Shown here in pieces: positions 23,873-39,039 of a stretch of 64,000 nt of DNA (positions within the stretch are counted from its first letter, which is position 1; every line of letters begins with the position of its first letter). Position numbers and translations under genes: made by a program. The DNA is from Amoebophrya sp. A120. Its lineage: Eukaryota; Protista; Dinoflagellata. The DNA lies in the NCBI GenBank assembly GCA_905178155.1, contig CAJINV010000001.1, positions 5,347,645 to 5,411,644 on the forward strand, given 5' to 3'. The notes beneath the pieces were generated by a model, which was given only the letters and a program-made list of their open reading frames with translations, did not search any database and had not been told where the DNA came from.

Positions 23873-26800
23873 TCATGTTTTACTGCCTGTCCTGTCCGCT
23901 ACATTTCGTGCAGCGAGATCCGCTTTGCAGAGTGTCTCCAGGGTTCGAAACAGCGCGGGTTGGACGTGCAGGGACTTCATGAGTTCCGGCGTGGGCGGGT
24001 ACATGGAGATGGACACCTTGGTCCGCAGCGTTTCCGCGTTCATCCGTAGCGCGAAGATTTGCCACGCCACGTGGGCCGCCACCGGCATATTGAACATGAC
24101 CATGTGTCTTAAGCCGCCCATAAAGTGTCGACTGCACAAATCCACGGAAATCGCGTTCAGACGCTTCACCAGTTGCAAGTTTCTCGCCACGTTCAGCACT
24201 GATATCCCAGCGCAGTTGATGAAGATCACCTCCCCGTCCACACCACACTCCCGCATCAGCTCCTCCCTGCGCATCAAGTAGCAGATCAGCGCTCCGCCCA
24301 GCTGCCGGTCCGAGCAGGCGCGGAAAGACTCGGCCAGGGTGGCCAAAAAACTCCCCGCGTGCATGTACGACACCGGTTCGCCGCGGCCGGTGCGGAAGGA
24401 GGAAGGGAGGCCGTTCGGGCCCCCGTCCACGGCGATGGCAGTTGCTGTAGTAGTTACACCACCTAGTTCCTTGCTGTTTTGTCTCTTGCTGTTTTCATTT
24501 GATGATGTCCCAAGCGTTTGCTCGCGCCACCGCTGCTCTGAGCAGTGGCGAAGCACATCGGAATACAAGGGGAACAGCCCTCGCCGAAAAATGACGTCAA
24601 TCACGGTGAAGGACTCCATCACCCGTGTCGGCAAGGGTGGTGTCTTCGGCGCCCACCGGTCGTTAGCCGACGCAAAGAGGAGAGGTTGGTCCTCGCTTGA
24701 GAAGATCTCCAGCTGCTTCTGCTCAGCGGACAAATCGATGCATCAAAATGAAAAGTTTCCCCATCCCATACTCAAACTAGAAATTTGCGATGCAGATTTG
24801 TGGTCACAAATCAGCTTTGTCATACAGGGGAAAAGATGCGGACTGTAGTGCTGGTTGGCGTGGGAAAGCCTTGCACCTTCAGCATGACAGGGGGCAGCTG
24901 GAAGTGGGAAACAGCATGACAAATTGCCTGCAAACGAGGCCACAGCTGCGTCTGCGTCTCTTGGCCTTCTAGCATTACAAGTCGATTTGTGTACTCAAAT
25001 ACAGCATCACAAATTTCGTTTTCGATATGGGGAGGGGGGATTTTTCCTTTTGATACGATGGCGCCTTTCTTCTTTTTCAATTTGTCCTGGTGCGCGCGCA
25101 CCAGAGTCTTCAAACTGCGCTGGTGTTCCTCGTACGGTTGAGAAGCGACAACTGCCTGCAACTTCGAAAACGACTGTCGCAAAACCGCGCGGACGCGGAA
25201 TTCGCAACGCGGATCCGCGGAGCCGACGATAGACGACGAACCCGATGAAGATGGTGCAAAATAATTCGTGGCTTGTCCTTGTTCCAAAGTATTTTGGAAA
25301 GAGCTCGCTCCACCTGCAAACGCATTTTTCGGCCAGCACAAATCTCCGCGTAAGTGCACACGAAACAACGACACAAACCGGCTGACGACCGCTTCCGCCA
25401 TGGCGATTGCCGCTTTTTCGAAATGCCAGTCGTAGAACTCGAGGAAGCGGTGCACGCCCTGATCCGCGCCGTTATTGTAGAGAAGCAGGTATTCCAGCAC
25501 CCAACAGGCACACAATTCCTTCACCTCCTGTTCGTCATATCCAAAGAAAAAACATTGTAGGTGTAACTTTTTTGGAGGAACAGCATTACAAATCTGTCTG
25601 GCATGACAGCAAAAACCTGTCATGCGCAGATAGTACGCGAAAACGTCCTTTAATGGACCCTACAACGCATGCCAAGCATGACAGACGCAATCACTTTGCA
25701 TGTTGCGCATCACAAATTTACACTAACAACGTTTTTTTCTTGGATACGTCAGGATCGATTTTTAGTACCTTCATCTCCTCGTCCACCGTGCTATCTTCGA
25801 CGAAAAACGCGTCTTTGGAACTCATCGCCTTGCCCGTCCCGACCAAAATTCCGGCGGCGCCGACGGGCACTGGCGTGGATGCTGTACTGTTCTCCGCGGA
25901 GCTGACAGGTAATGCAATTCTTTGATGTTGAAAGGCGCTTTGTTGATCATGTTCCGCAAGCGCGTCCACAAATTCCTCCGTCAAGCTGCCACCTCCGGAG
26001 GAGCCAAGCGTCAGAGACGAGGTTCCGCTCACCCCGCGAATGTCCGCATTCACGTCGTCAAGTTCGACTGGCGGGGGCGTCGACCCCTTGCTCACCATGG
26101 TCTCGTCGTCGAAATGGACCACTTTGTTCTTCCGCTTCATTCGACTAGAGACATCACTCGTGCCGCTCTCGCGCGAGGCCTTCCTTTTCGCCTTGTTCCG
26201 ACGCCGCAGCCACGAACGGCGCTCGGCGTCGACCAGGTCGAGAATTTTTCCGCTCGCAAAATACTGCTCGAAAAATTTGTGCAGTTTCGCCGCTTGCTTG
26301 TTGTTTTCTCGCCCAATCTTCTCCTGCAGCTCCGCCCGCATCCACTCCGTGAACTGCCCGCGCTCGAAATTCCCGAAGTGGCTGCAGTTTTCGTAGAAGA
26401 ATTCGACGGCCGATAATTCTACGTCTTTTACTGCTGCCCCGCTACTTCTGTGAAGATCCACTGGGTCGTGGGCAGAAGTTGTACCTGCTCTATCAGAAGC
26501 TGCAGCTGCTGGTGATGTTTTGACACTACTGCTACCACCGTTTTTGAATTCTTCCAGGATCGCCTCGGGAACACGGCCCTGCAGGTCGCGTGGGAGCCTT
26601 TTTTCATCCTTCAGCCAGCTTTCGAGAAAAAAATCCGGGGTGGTGCGATTTCCGCGGTCCGCCGTTTTCTGCGAGCCGGGCGAATCGTCCTCCGCGTCGG
26701 AGTCCAAGTCCTCCGACAGCTCGCTCTCGTCGTCCTCCGCTTCCTTGCGCGCAATTATCCTGAGTAAAAACGTACCCACACCAGAGTCAAGATGGGAAAT

Positions 26801-27108
26801 CCGCTAGACAAATCAGCCACCTTTGGTTGTTTCGCATGACAAGTTTATCCTCGTAGTGTGATTCTATTTAGCTAGTTCCGAAGCATCACAGATCTAGCAC
26901 ATCATGCTGATTCTAGCATCACAAATCCCAAAACAGGACTAGAAAATGGCTCTCATGGGGCTCCGCATGAGAAACTTTTACTTTTTTGGCATGCAGATTT
27001 GCATGACAGCCCTGGGGTGGGGACATTTTTCCTCAGGATAGCAATTGCCGCATCTTCATCGTCTCCCTGCCGTCGCCACCGCGAACAGCAGTTGCAGCCG
27101 GAAGGCAT
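23873..27108 (-). CDS. ~803-aa protein with C-terminal CRAL-TRIO/Sec14-like domain, interrupted by three introner elements
   Basis: Removing three elements (each plus one TSD) fuses four ORFs in frame (AAIA|RKEA, IDPD|EQEV, KGAI|DLSA). C-terminal HFMGGLRHMVMFNMP...AWQIF...NAETLRTKVSI resembles the Sec14 pattern. Start MPSGCNCCS is inferred. Confidence 0.7.
24741..25055. mobile_element. Introner/MITE-like element, TIR family D (315 bp), TSD cgatg
   Basis: catcaaaatgaaaagtttccccatcccata...tatggggagggggga tttttccttttgata; perfect 5-bp TSD at 24736-40 and 25056-60; removal restores the frame. Confidence 0.9.
25538..25746. mobile_element. Introner/MITE-like element, TIR family C (209 bp), TSD cgtca
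   Basis: tatccaaagaaaaaacattgtaggtgtaa...ttacactaacaacgtttttttcttggata; TSD at 25533-37 and 25747-51; removal restores the frame. Confidence 0.92.
26756..27040. mobile_element. Introner/MITE-like element, TIR family B (285 bp), TSD gcaat
   Basis: tatcctgagtaaaaacgtacccac...gtggggacatttttcctcaggata; TSD at 26751-55 and 27041-45; full-length sister copy at 57841-58119. Confidence 0.95.
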
Positions 27109-27404
27109 AAGATAAAGCGCTTTGCCTTTCGATAAGGACAAGCGAAGAAGATGATAAAATTAAAAGCTAAGTAGGTAACTACAAGCGACAGAGCCAACGG
27201 GCAAAAAGAAAGCCAATGCGAAAAAACAGCGTCGACGAAAGCTTCTTCTAACGAATGGACTCAACAGCAATAAATGCAACGAAAAAGTTGGAAAACGAAC
27301 AGCCAGCCCACGCCCACGATCGTGATGTTGGTGAGTGCAGCGGGATCAAGTCCTAGCGCCCATTCAAAAAAACTCGGTGGAAACGGATTTTCTACACATC
27401 CAAC

Positions 27405-27435
27405 TGCGTACTTATTAGTGCGTACTTATTAGTGC
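27405..27435. repeat. 14-bp tandem duplication (intergenic)
   Basis: tgcgtacttattag twice, followed by tgc. Confidence 0.85.
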
Positions 27436-28091
27436 CCCAAACACGTGTTTTTTGTTCTCGAATCCTGTCGCAGTACAGAATTTGAGAATCGAATCGTGTC
27501 ACATCGAAACAGAAGGTCAAAATCCAAAAAGTCACAGTTGCTTCTTCCTGATGATCGAATGCGCGTCTATTTTTGGGCCCAGATCTTCTTCCGAACCTTT
27601 TTGTTTTTCAGATGCTGGACATCTCGTATAGTAGATAATGCATGATCATACGATAAAAAGCCACAGTTCCCTTTGAATACACGTAGTAAACAGCGTCTTT
27701 TGGTCTTCTTCAACTTCATTGAATATTCATACTATACGGGCGCAGCACTCCTTTCCTTTACCAGAAAAAGACAGTAGAAGAAATGGATCCGCGGTGCAAA
27801 AACTGTGTTAGTATAAATTCTTTAAATTTCGGGTTCGTACAACATGTCTGACTTTCCGCCCAGAAGGTGAAGTACTACTCGTCTTAGCGTCGCTGCCGCC
27901 TCCACTCCTCTCCCGCCCCTGCATAAAGGTCATGATTTTCAGGGCGGGGGAGAAAAAGGCCGCGAATCGCATCTAACTTGTGTTCTCAAACAAATCTATT
28001 GAAAAAGTTTACTTCTGGATAAAAACGCGAACGATGAAAAGCCAATATGCCTGTAGATGAAATATTTCTGTTTTATCCGAGGACACACTCT

Positions 28092-30496
28092 TCACCGCAT
28101 TCCTCGCATCAGCCGTCGGGCCGAATTCCGTTTGTCCAGCTGGTGCTTGATGTGCTGGGTCATCATGAGAATCGCGTTGTTTTTTTCCATTTCCGCCTCT
28201 TTGGTGTTCGGGATAACCACATCCGCGTACCGTTTCGACGGCTCGATGAAGTTTTCGTACGACGGCTTCACGAACTTCATGTACTGCTTCAGCACGTTGT
28301 CGAATTCCCGTCCGCGCTCCGCAATGTCCCGCTGGAGCCGCCGGGCCAAGATCACGTCGGCGTCACAGTCCACGAAGATTTTCATGTCCATCTCGTTCCG
28401 GAGGTCCGGGCCCACCGCGTAGATCAGAATCCCCTCCACAATAATCACGTCCGCCGGCTTGATCGACTCGCCGCCCGCACCGCCGCCGCTCCGGTCGGCT
28501 GATTGCCGGGTGTGCGACCCGTTTTTCACCCGGCTGTGCGTGCAAAAATCGTACCGGGGGATCTCGACCGCCTGAAAGCCCTGCTTCAAGGCCTGCAGCG
28601 TGGCCGTCAGCTCGTCCCACGCAATGGCGTCGGGGTGGTCAAAGTCGTACTGGGCGGCGTGCGCGAGTTTTCGGTCCTTGTCGCCCAGGTCCTTGTAGAA
28701 CGCATCACTGGGGATGAAGGCAACGCGGTGGTCGTTGCGGAGGGCCTTGCGGAAGATATTGCACAACGTCGTCTTCCCGCTGCACGTGGCACCGCACACA
28801 CCTGGAGCGAGTGGTCCGAATTTGGCTATTTCATTTGCAGAAACGCTGCTCAATCACCATACGCATACCAATAGTAGAGAACGACTCGAAACAAACACGA
28901 GTGTGATAAGATCATTCGCGTCCAAAGACATCCAATTATACCGATGACAAACGGCTTCACGAAATCCTTCACACAGCTGCGGAAATCGCCCCCACTGAGC
29001 GCTGCCGTCACCACCTCCTCGTGGCGCTGGCGCTTCTCCAGTCTGCTTCCCGCCAACAGCGAGTACGTCATGCGCGATGTGGCTTTTCGATTTGCCGCCG
29101 AGGAGCGAACAAGCGGCACCACTGCGTCCGTCTGTGTTCGATGATGTGACGTCGTGTTCTTTATCCCATTCGTCGTTCCGCCGCCGTAAGTACAACTATC
29201 CACCCCGTCTTCCTCCTCGTGCAGGACGCTTTTTGGGGGTGAATTGCTGGACTCTGACACTGCCTGTGCGCCACAGTTCGCTTCCGCTTCCGACGCAGTC
29301 GTCACCGCTGTCGCTGTGGTCGTCATTTCGACCGATTTGTTCTTTGGCACGACCCCTTCCAGCAATGGCAACTCCCGCGAGCAGCCTGAAGATGTCGAGG
29401 CTTCCACTAGCGGGACCGGATGACTGACACCGCTCTGCGTCTTCACACGACCTCCGCCTCCTCCGGTTTCTTCCACACAAAATTCTTCGCCGGAATGGCT
29501 AGAATCCAGACAACCTCCCTCTTCTAGCACGAGCTGCACACTGTGGTTACGGTCGATCATCTCGTCGTCGTCTAGACCCGGCACAGCAGATGATCCAAAT
29601 TTTCCTTCTTTCAGGGGCGATTCGTCGCTGTAGCTCCGCTGCGGCAACGGCGGCACCTCGTCCTCCCCCACGGAAAGAATCGTTTTCAAGACGCCCGCGG
29701 GCGGGTTGCTGTAGCTGGTGCACTTCTGGTCTTCGGACGTAACCGTGACAATTTTCTCGTGTGATGGGAGAGTGTTGCTTTGTTGACTAGTACTGTTGTT
29801 TTCCGACACCGAACTGGACTTGTCCTCCGCGCCGTTTTTCCCATTCGACAATAATTCCACCGTGTTTTTCCTCGAACTTGCGCCGCTCGTGCGTTTCACC
29901 GCCGGCGTTGTGGTGAGAACTGGCGGAGCGGTTGATTGTACTAAACCAAGTAAGTTGCTGCCGCTCTTGTTGTGCTGAAACAAAGGCGTCGAAGCGAGCA
30001 AATTTGTGGTCCCCGTACAACTGCTGCCCGGGGTCGTGGAGGTTATCTTCGTGACCGCCCCAACGGTGGTGGTTGTCACCGTGTTCGGATGCGGTGGGGG
30101 TGCGAGATGATGCGTCGTGGTTATGGTTTGAGATGAACACGTGACTGTCGGTGTGGTGCCATTCGTTTTTATCGGCGTCTTCGGCAAAAGCGACGACGTC
30201 ACTGTAGTACAACTTGCGTGCGGCACGATCCCCACAATCGAGGAAGTTGTGGGGAAGAACTGTTCTTTCTGTAGCACGCTGCTCTTCGCCGGATCGTACC
30301 CGATTTTGCTGCCGGAAAGCTGCTCGACCGGCCCGAGGAGCGAGTCGGTGGTGATGTGGCGGGCTAGCAACCGTTTCGATCGTCGCTGCGTCGCGAGACC
30401 AGTTTTCAGACCGTGGACGGCAGAAACCTGCGGGCTGCTGTAGCCGCGGTCGTCTTCCGTATCGCTGTCGTGCGGGGGAACTTCGCGCTCGGACAT
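28092..30496 (-). CDS. Uridine(-cytidine) kinase family protein 1 with long Thr/Ser-rich N-terminal extension (~754 aa); GT-AG intron 28802-28941
   Basis: PFVIG|[74 protein letters not shown]. Confidence 0.93.
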
Positions 30497-31036
30497 CTTT
30501 CTAGTAGGGATGAGGCGGGGTATTAGACCGACAATCTGATAAATCCGATTTTCAACCGCTCCCGCAAAATAGCAACTTGTGGAACGTTCACTGAAAAGAA
30601 GTTTGAGTCCGACAAAAACATCGGTTGGAACCTCTTCAAATTATAGTCTGTGACCTCTACTACAGTGCTGCAAAACTGACCGGAAGCAAGCTTGATGAAA
30701 CTCAATTGGCGGGAACGGAAGCGAAACAACCAAAACTGCTAAAATGATTTCGTTCGTCGGATATCTCACATTACCTTGCTCGTGCTGCAATTGGGGCCAA
30801 ATGACTATCAAAGCATGTCGTCCTCCTCCTAAAAAACGCAATCGGAGCTGCTGAAAGTCGTGGCAAAGCAACAAAGCGAACATCTAGGTAGCGCGAGCTG
30901 AAGAAACACATATCTTCGGAGTGGTTATGATCAAAACATTGAAAATGAGTGAGAGCGAAGTGAGGTGGTATGTATTTCATCAATGTGATGCTCTTTTTGG
31001 ATTTCATCGAAAAATAAGATGCGCCCTCAACGCTTC

Positions 31037-34000
31037 TTACACGTGTTTGTATGTAGGCAAAGCCTCTTTCGCGCGCTGATATTCTGCCCAAAAATCTTTC
31101 AGTGGTGCCAATCTCGAACTGTCACTGTGGCCCTGACTGTCCACGTTGACTCTGTCATCCCGTTCCACCTTGGTCTTCAGTGAGAAAATCGGCTTTTCCC
31201 ACTTGTCACTGATCGCCAAAGTAGGATCTTCCCTACCCATCGGCGATATCATTTGCTCTTCGCCATCCGGGCGTGCGGCCAGATTTAGAGCATCTTTCGG
31301 TGCACCAGATACATCTGGAATAAGTTTTATCTTACCACCTGTTCTGCCTTTGATCTTTTCCTTCCTCTTTTTTACACGACCCTTTCTGCTGCCCTTGGCA
31401 GCAGCTTCAACACCCGTAGTTCGCAGTTCCTTTATCCGGGTTTGGCAAAGATGAATGTACTCATGAATCGCTCGCAGCATCCTGGTTTTCACGTATTCCG
31501 TGTCATGCCCGGGACGACACCCATAGTACTCAAACCCGACCAGCGCCCCTTCCTTCTTGCCAAAGGCCCACTTCCTCGCAATTTGCCGCAGCTTCAGCAC
31601 GAGCCGCACCCTTTTGACGATTCGAAAAGTTATTTCCTGCTTCGCGGTGAGGGGCTCTCGCACCATGGGCAATTCGGTACTGGTATCCAGGCTCGAGCAC
31701 GTGGAAGCAGCTGGTGAATACCCACTTGCAGGATCCTCCTCCTGTTCCAAAGAGGCCGCATGACCATCGTCATCTGCAGCCGGCGCATCTTTTTCCAGCA
31801 CGGGAGAAAGAACCTCCATATCCCTTTCCTCGCACTTCTCGCGGTCTTCTTCTCTACCTTCCTTCTCATTTGTTCTGTTGCGTCGCGCTTCTGCCTCTTC
31901 GCGGATCTTCCGGTCGGCTTCCTCCGCGTATTGGCGGAAAAATTCGTCATCATCCGCATTTCGAGGCGCGCATATCAAATGCAAAAATGTCTGGGTCTGG
32001 AAGATTCTCAGCTTTGTCATGCTTAACAGACTGCGCGACTAAAGCCAGGGGGGGTGCGGGGTCCGAGGGGTGCACTAAGCACTGCCCGACACACCCGAAC
32101 ATGCAGTTTTTCAAGCTCCGCCAAGTCTCGAATGCAGGGCCTAGCATCACAGGTCCTGCAGCCCCTTGGTGGTGCCTATTCTGCATGAGAAATTGCCCCC
32201 TCGGCATGGCTAGAAATGGAAACCTTTTGCAAGTCATGCAACACAGATTTTTGTATGATCCGCAACACGCATCACAAGTTCGCATCCTTCCAGACCCAGA
32301 CATTTTTACAGTTGATATCGCAATGGTATCTCCAATTGTCTGGGTCGTTCACGAATGGATTCGGCTGGTAGAGTGGCACATACTCACCATCACTCTCATC
32401 ACTTTCGCCCGACAAGTGAAGGTCATCTTCTTCTTGTTCCCCGTCGCTATAATTGACCTCGCGATTTAATATTTTGCCGTCTTTCGTCCCACAATTATTT
32501 CTTTCGCGAGGATTGTTCAACGTCGCGACTTGCAGCACACCGAGCTTGTTGCCCGTCTCCTGAACAATTCTTTCCGGCAAGATCTCGCACTCCGTCATAC
32601 AGGCGCTCCGCACAAGAGCAGTCTTTGATCTGCAGGAAGCAGGGACTGGAAATGCGCGCTTGCCCGCTTCTTGTTCACCCAACTTAGAGCACGTTGGTGA
32701 GCAATCGTCTTTTTTACTCTCTAGCTTTTGCGCAGCCACGGGAGTTGTCGTCGCTGCTGGTAGCAAATCGTCTGTACTCGTCGCTGCGTCAACCACAGTC
32801 GCACATATATTTCCACCTGAATTTGGCACTTGTTCCGCCGCATCTCGGACTTTTACCACCGCTACTGCCCAAATCCTCTCGGCGGTCGCCTGCGGTCCAT
32901 ACTTGGTAAGCACCTCGAGCGGTAGACTTGTGGTATCAACGACAACTTCAACGCTTCCAACCAGACGGACGTCGGTAGAAGTAGACACGGGCTTCCCGCT
33001 CGTAGGCGTATACAAAGTGTTTTCTCTACTCCTTTCCCGCAACGCCGTCTGCAGACAGGCACCCAAAGCTTTCAATTCTGTGCGACGTTGCTGCTGCCGC
33101 ATATTCTGGTCCACAAGTTCCGACACTGTAGCGATTTCGGCATACTTCCTACGGACCTGTTCTTTCCAAGGAGTATCGGCTGATGAATGCGCGACCTGCA
33201 GCTCAACCTGTGCCGGTGGGCTTTGCGGAGGCGTTCTTACCGGCTGTTCGGGTGGAAGAAAAGATGAACCTCCCACGAAAAAGGGATAGCAAGGCAAAAT
33301 TTGTTCACTCTCGCATTGTGCTGGAGACGCATTTTCAGAGGTGGGAGTCGTGTTAGTACTCCTGATAGTACTAGCCGGTGACTCATCCCAAGCTAAATTC
33401 GTACTTAGAAACGTTTCTGCTGCACTGCCGGTGAGATGCTCTTTCAAATCTGGCACAAGACACATCTGCAGCGGACCTTTCTCAGCCGGTGGCATTTGCG
33501 CGCTCTCGTTCGACAACTGGTCTCCCATTGGCGAGCCGCGTCGCATCCCCGCTGATTTTTCCCCTGTTGGCTGCAGAGCAAGGCGCGCCAGCTCCTCCCG
33601 CTCGTCTGCAGTCACCTGGCTCTCGTAAAATTGCCACTTTGCGGATTCTGTGCTCTTTTGCACCTCGTTTGCACATTCCTGAACCCACTGCAACAGATCG
33701 GACGTACTGGTGCGTGGTCTTTTCTTGCCCGTGCCAGAAGAACTCTGTTCATCGTATTTACTATCACTATCACCGCACTGAAAGCCTGCAATCTGCTGCA
33801 GCAGTTCTTGTACCTCCAAACCCAAAGCACCATCATCGCTTTTTGAGGCGATTTGAGAGCTGAAATTCACACCCTGTTGGACAAAATACTGTGCTGCAGA
33901 ACATGGCGATGCCACGCCTCTGGATGATGATTTGGGCGTCAGCTCGAGCACAGCGTTTTCGTAGACCTTGCTCGCCGATTTTGGCTGCAGTTCGAGCTCC

Positions 34001-35610
34001 ATCTGCAAACGGTGCAGCGCCGAAATCGTACACGAGGATTCGAAAAAGCGTTCCGAATAACCCGTGCCGTGGTCCGCAGGGGCTTGTGTTTTGATTTCTT
34101 GTCCCTGTCGATCTCCGTTAGCGGAGGTCTCTTGTGCCGTCGAGTGAGACAAGCCGGAAGCCGAGGTTTGTATTGGCTTCGTCGACGATAAAACGCTGCC
34201 ACAAGCTGCTGTGCGCTCCTCTTCGCTCAGCGCCGAAGCCACGACCTGCTGTTTTGGCTTGATCGTTGGCTTCTTCCCGTAGTAGCAGCGATGGGGGTCT
34301 TTCTGAATTTTCTCGTCTGCTTCATCCTGCACAGGAGGTTCTTCAGCCGCTATTTTCACTTCAGCGATAGTGCTGCAACCACTGCTTGCATAATCGGCCT
34401 CTTTGCATTTCGCCGAGAAGTAGAAGAACATCTGGCCCGCGTCAGACACTACCGCATCGTTACTCCACACTCGGTGCGAGACAAAACTGGTGAGCATCTG
34501 ATACCGTTGAACAGAGCTCCCGGCGCCCGGAGTCCGCACATGGTTGGCTACCGAGCTTGTGAGAAATGGATACTCGTTGCGATTCCTCATCACTCCAGCA
34601 AGCAGGTGGAGCACACGCGAGATAATTTCAGACTTGTCACCATCGCTACCACATCCACCTGCACGAGGCAGATCTGCATCGTCCAAATGCACTTTCGGTT
34701 TTTTTCTTTCCGGAGCTGGCGACTTTATTTCTACTGAAACTCGCTCCGCAGCTCCTTCGTACTCAGACTCATCCGACCAGGACAAAATCCGTTGCCGTTT
34801 TTGGGGCGGTTTCACCTCGCAACAGCTTTTCGCCGTCGGTGCCGCCATTTTTCGTTTCTTCGCTGAGAATTTTGGAACGCCCGACACATCGTACTCGTTA
34901 TGGTTTACGAAACTCAGGTCGATCTCCGCCCTGTCTCTTTTCGCGTAATACCTCTCCTCCAGCGCCGCGAGCTGACTCGGTGGCACGTAGGGCCGCATGT
35001 CCGGTGGCACGGCGGAATGCGGCACGGGCTGCACCGCCCAATTGTCGAACCTCTGGTCCGGTAGGTGTACGTGCAACATCTGGCTGTCCCCAGGCTTGTT
35101 TTTTTCTCGGTTCTGCACGCTAGCAGTTGCACCACCGTGAGGTCCTCTCGGCGGCACGCCAACTGATGGAAACTTCTTCAACGGGTTCATGCCGTTTCTT
35201 TGCTGCGGTTGGTCTACCTTGGGTTGAGCTGCAACTTGAGTGCATGCAGGTTGAAAAACTGGAGCAGCCGTGGAGAAAGGTACATTAGTCTGCACACGAG
35301 AAGGTACTCCCGAGCCCATAGGCCCTGTGCCACAGGCCGGGGCGAGCGGACCGCGCAGGATGCCCGGTGGAGGTAGTGGATAGCCGGGCGGCGGCCCCAC
35401 AGGCACTACAGGCCGCGCCGCCGTCGGTAATACTACGCCTCCCCGGGGAGGGGGGCGCACGCGCACTGGTACCGGCGCGGCTTGCTTGGGTCTTGCCGCC
35501 ATTTGGCAGGCAAGGCGCTGCAGGTTGCCGCCCGGTGCCTGCTTCGGTACGGCCACGGCGGGTAAACGGCCCGCGGGTTGACAGCCGTGTTGCTGGGTCG
35601 ACTTGTTCAT
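31037..35610 (-). CDS. Hypothetical ~1407-aa protein (Pro-rich N-terminus, charged C-terminus) with one introner
   Basis: ORFs 32272..35610 and 31037..32020 join in frame (WRYHC|APRNADDD) after removing 350 bp. Confidence 0.8.
31973..32317. mobile_element. Introner/MITE-like element, TIR family A (345 bp), TSD gcgca/tcgca
   Basis: tatcaaatgcaaaaatgtctgggtctggaag...cttccagacccagacatttttacagttgata; same TIR as the copies at 58269, 59365 and 61346. Confidence 0.95.
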
Positions 35611-36556
35611 TTTTGTTGGGAAAGATCAAGCAGTTTTTCTTTTCGTGAACATGATGAATGACGATTTTCTACCTACTCCTTCGCGCGGTAGAGCCCTCGT
35701 CGATGCCCGACATACAGCACAGACGACGTGCCCGCGCAGGTAAGGATAATCCACGCGCTCCTTGAGGAGCCAACTTTTGAACCAGACCAAGATCCAATAT
35801 CCAGCGTTGCGTACCCGATCAGTCGCCTTGAACGAGCCTGACAAAGGAGCGTCAACCGTAGAAGTGCACCAAGTGATCTGGCATCTTGAGTGCGGAAGAA
35901 CGTGCAGGTCCGCACAGCTGATCCTGTTTCAGAGGTGATAGATCCCAAGAACCCTGATCTTTTTCTCACACATATCGCAGAATCCTCGAACTTGGATCGG
36001 CCATCAATCACTGGTAACCACGAGGTGATGATCTTATGTTGGATTCTTAGCGGACAATACCTGCCACCACGACCGCAGTACTTGAACAACGGGCGAGAGG
36101 TGCAATACATCCGAACATCAAAACGTAAACATCACGTATCGCTCTGAAGAGCGCAACCCTACGTCCCCTCCAGCTTTCACTCTCCTTTTTATCAGTTTTT
36201 CTTTTTTCCACCATTAGAATTCTTCCATGTATGCGATAAAGCGTTCAACCCATGATCACACAAGTTCACAAAAAGGCCGAACGACCTTCACCACGACCGC
36301 AAATCGAAATCACTTTTTCATGCACGATCAGAACTATATGCAACTTCCAGGAACTCCTACTTCAAAGTCAATACAGTAAAATCACTTCATGTTGGTCGAA
36401 AGAATTTGATGCGCTGATTGTCGTTTTATTGGTCACAAATCCGTACTGAAATGGAAGCTTTCTTGCCTCGTTGCTCAAGTTGCACACCTCCAAGAGCAGC
36501 TGAGAACTTCTCTGTAAAATCATTTCGTGGTCACAACTACTTCTTCACAGAACAGT

Positions 36557-37900
<1,344 letters not shown>

Positions 37901-39039
37901 GATCTGGAGTATTTGTCGTCGGCGTTCTCGGTCTGAAATTTTCCGTCGGAAGTTTCGTTAGTGAATAATCTTCCCAAGCTGCTTCTGCACTGCTTCCTGC
38001 TGAGTAATAAAGAGGGATGGATCCCAGTTGTTGTTGGCTCCGCTGCCTCCGACAGGTGGTCTTGTCGGTTTACAAATACAGTGCACGTAGAAAAGAAACT
38101 AGTCCGTATCAACAAGTGAAAACAGTTAAGTTCTTTCGGTCGTGCAAGTAAAGTTGTAAAAAGGTCGAGAGCAAATTTGGCAAAAGAAACAAAGGTAAAT
38201 TGTCCAACAGCCAGAAATGCTCTGTTCAGGGTGAGGGCATTTTCGAGTGAAAAACGCCGATCAAATTTTCATCGCCGAGAGGAGGAAATTTACCGCTCCC
38301 TTGATTTCAATCACATGAAGTGCTCTTGCAGCATTTTCGCCTTGCTTCAGCATCGTCAGCAAATTCCCCACAACTTCTTGTTGCATCGTCCAGCGTACAA
38401 CAGTCTTTCTCCTTCTCGCGCAGTTCTATTTCAAGCTTCTAAATCACCGATAAGCAGCCTTATCGTGCTTGATCGTCAAATTTTCAGCATTTCAGGATTG
38501 AGATGCAGTTCCAACGGCTATTGAAATCTTAAAGTAGTAGCCCTTACATCATCCACAGTGGACTTTGAGGATCCAGGGAGTTGTGCACAAACCGCATTAC
38601 GATCTGGTCTATCGTCACGCACGCTTCCTGATCCAATGACTTTTGATCCTGATTTTTTTTTCTCTTGTGTCACAGATCTAGTACTTTTCAAGTGACAAAG
38701 CTCATCATCTGAGTATGTATGCCAGTACTCTACTACGAAGCCGTGTCCACCAGATCGATTCAGAACTGAATTTAGACACTGCTTTTCTTTTTCTAGCTCC
38801 TATTCTTAGCATAACCTTGATGTAGTACAAAACCGATATTGTGGATTTCCTTGAGGAGAACAGTTCACATGCCAGCGAGACAACTTCGCATCAGAACTGC
38901 CGTGTGGACAAAGCACGGCACGGTCTTGCAAATAGCAAGCAAGCGTTGCGATTCATGTTCTCAAATTCTTGACTATACACATCTTTTGCGTTTGCGTTCA
39001 TATTTCCAATAAAACACACACAGTCCGTCCACCACAACT

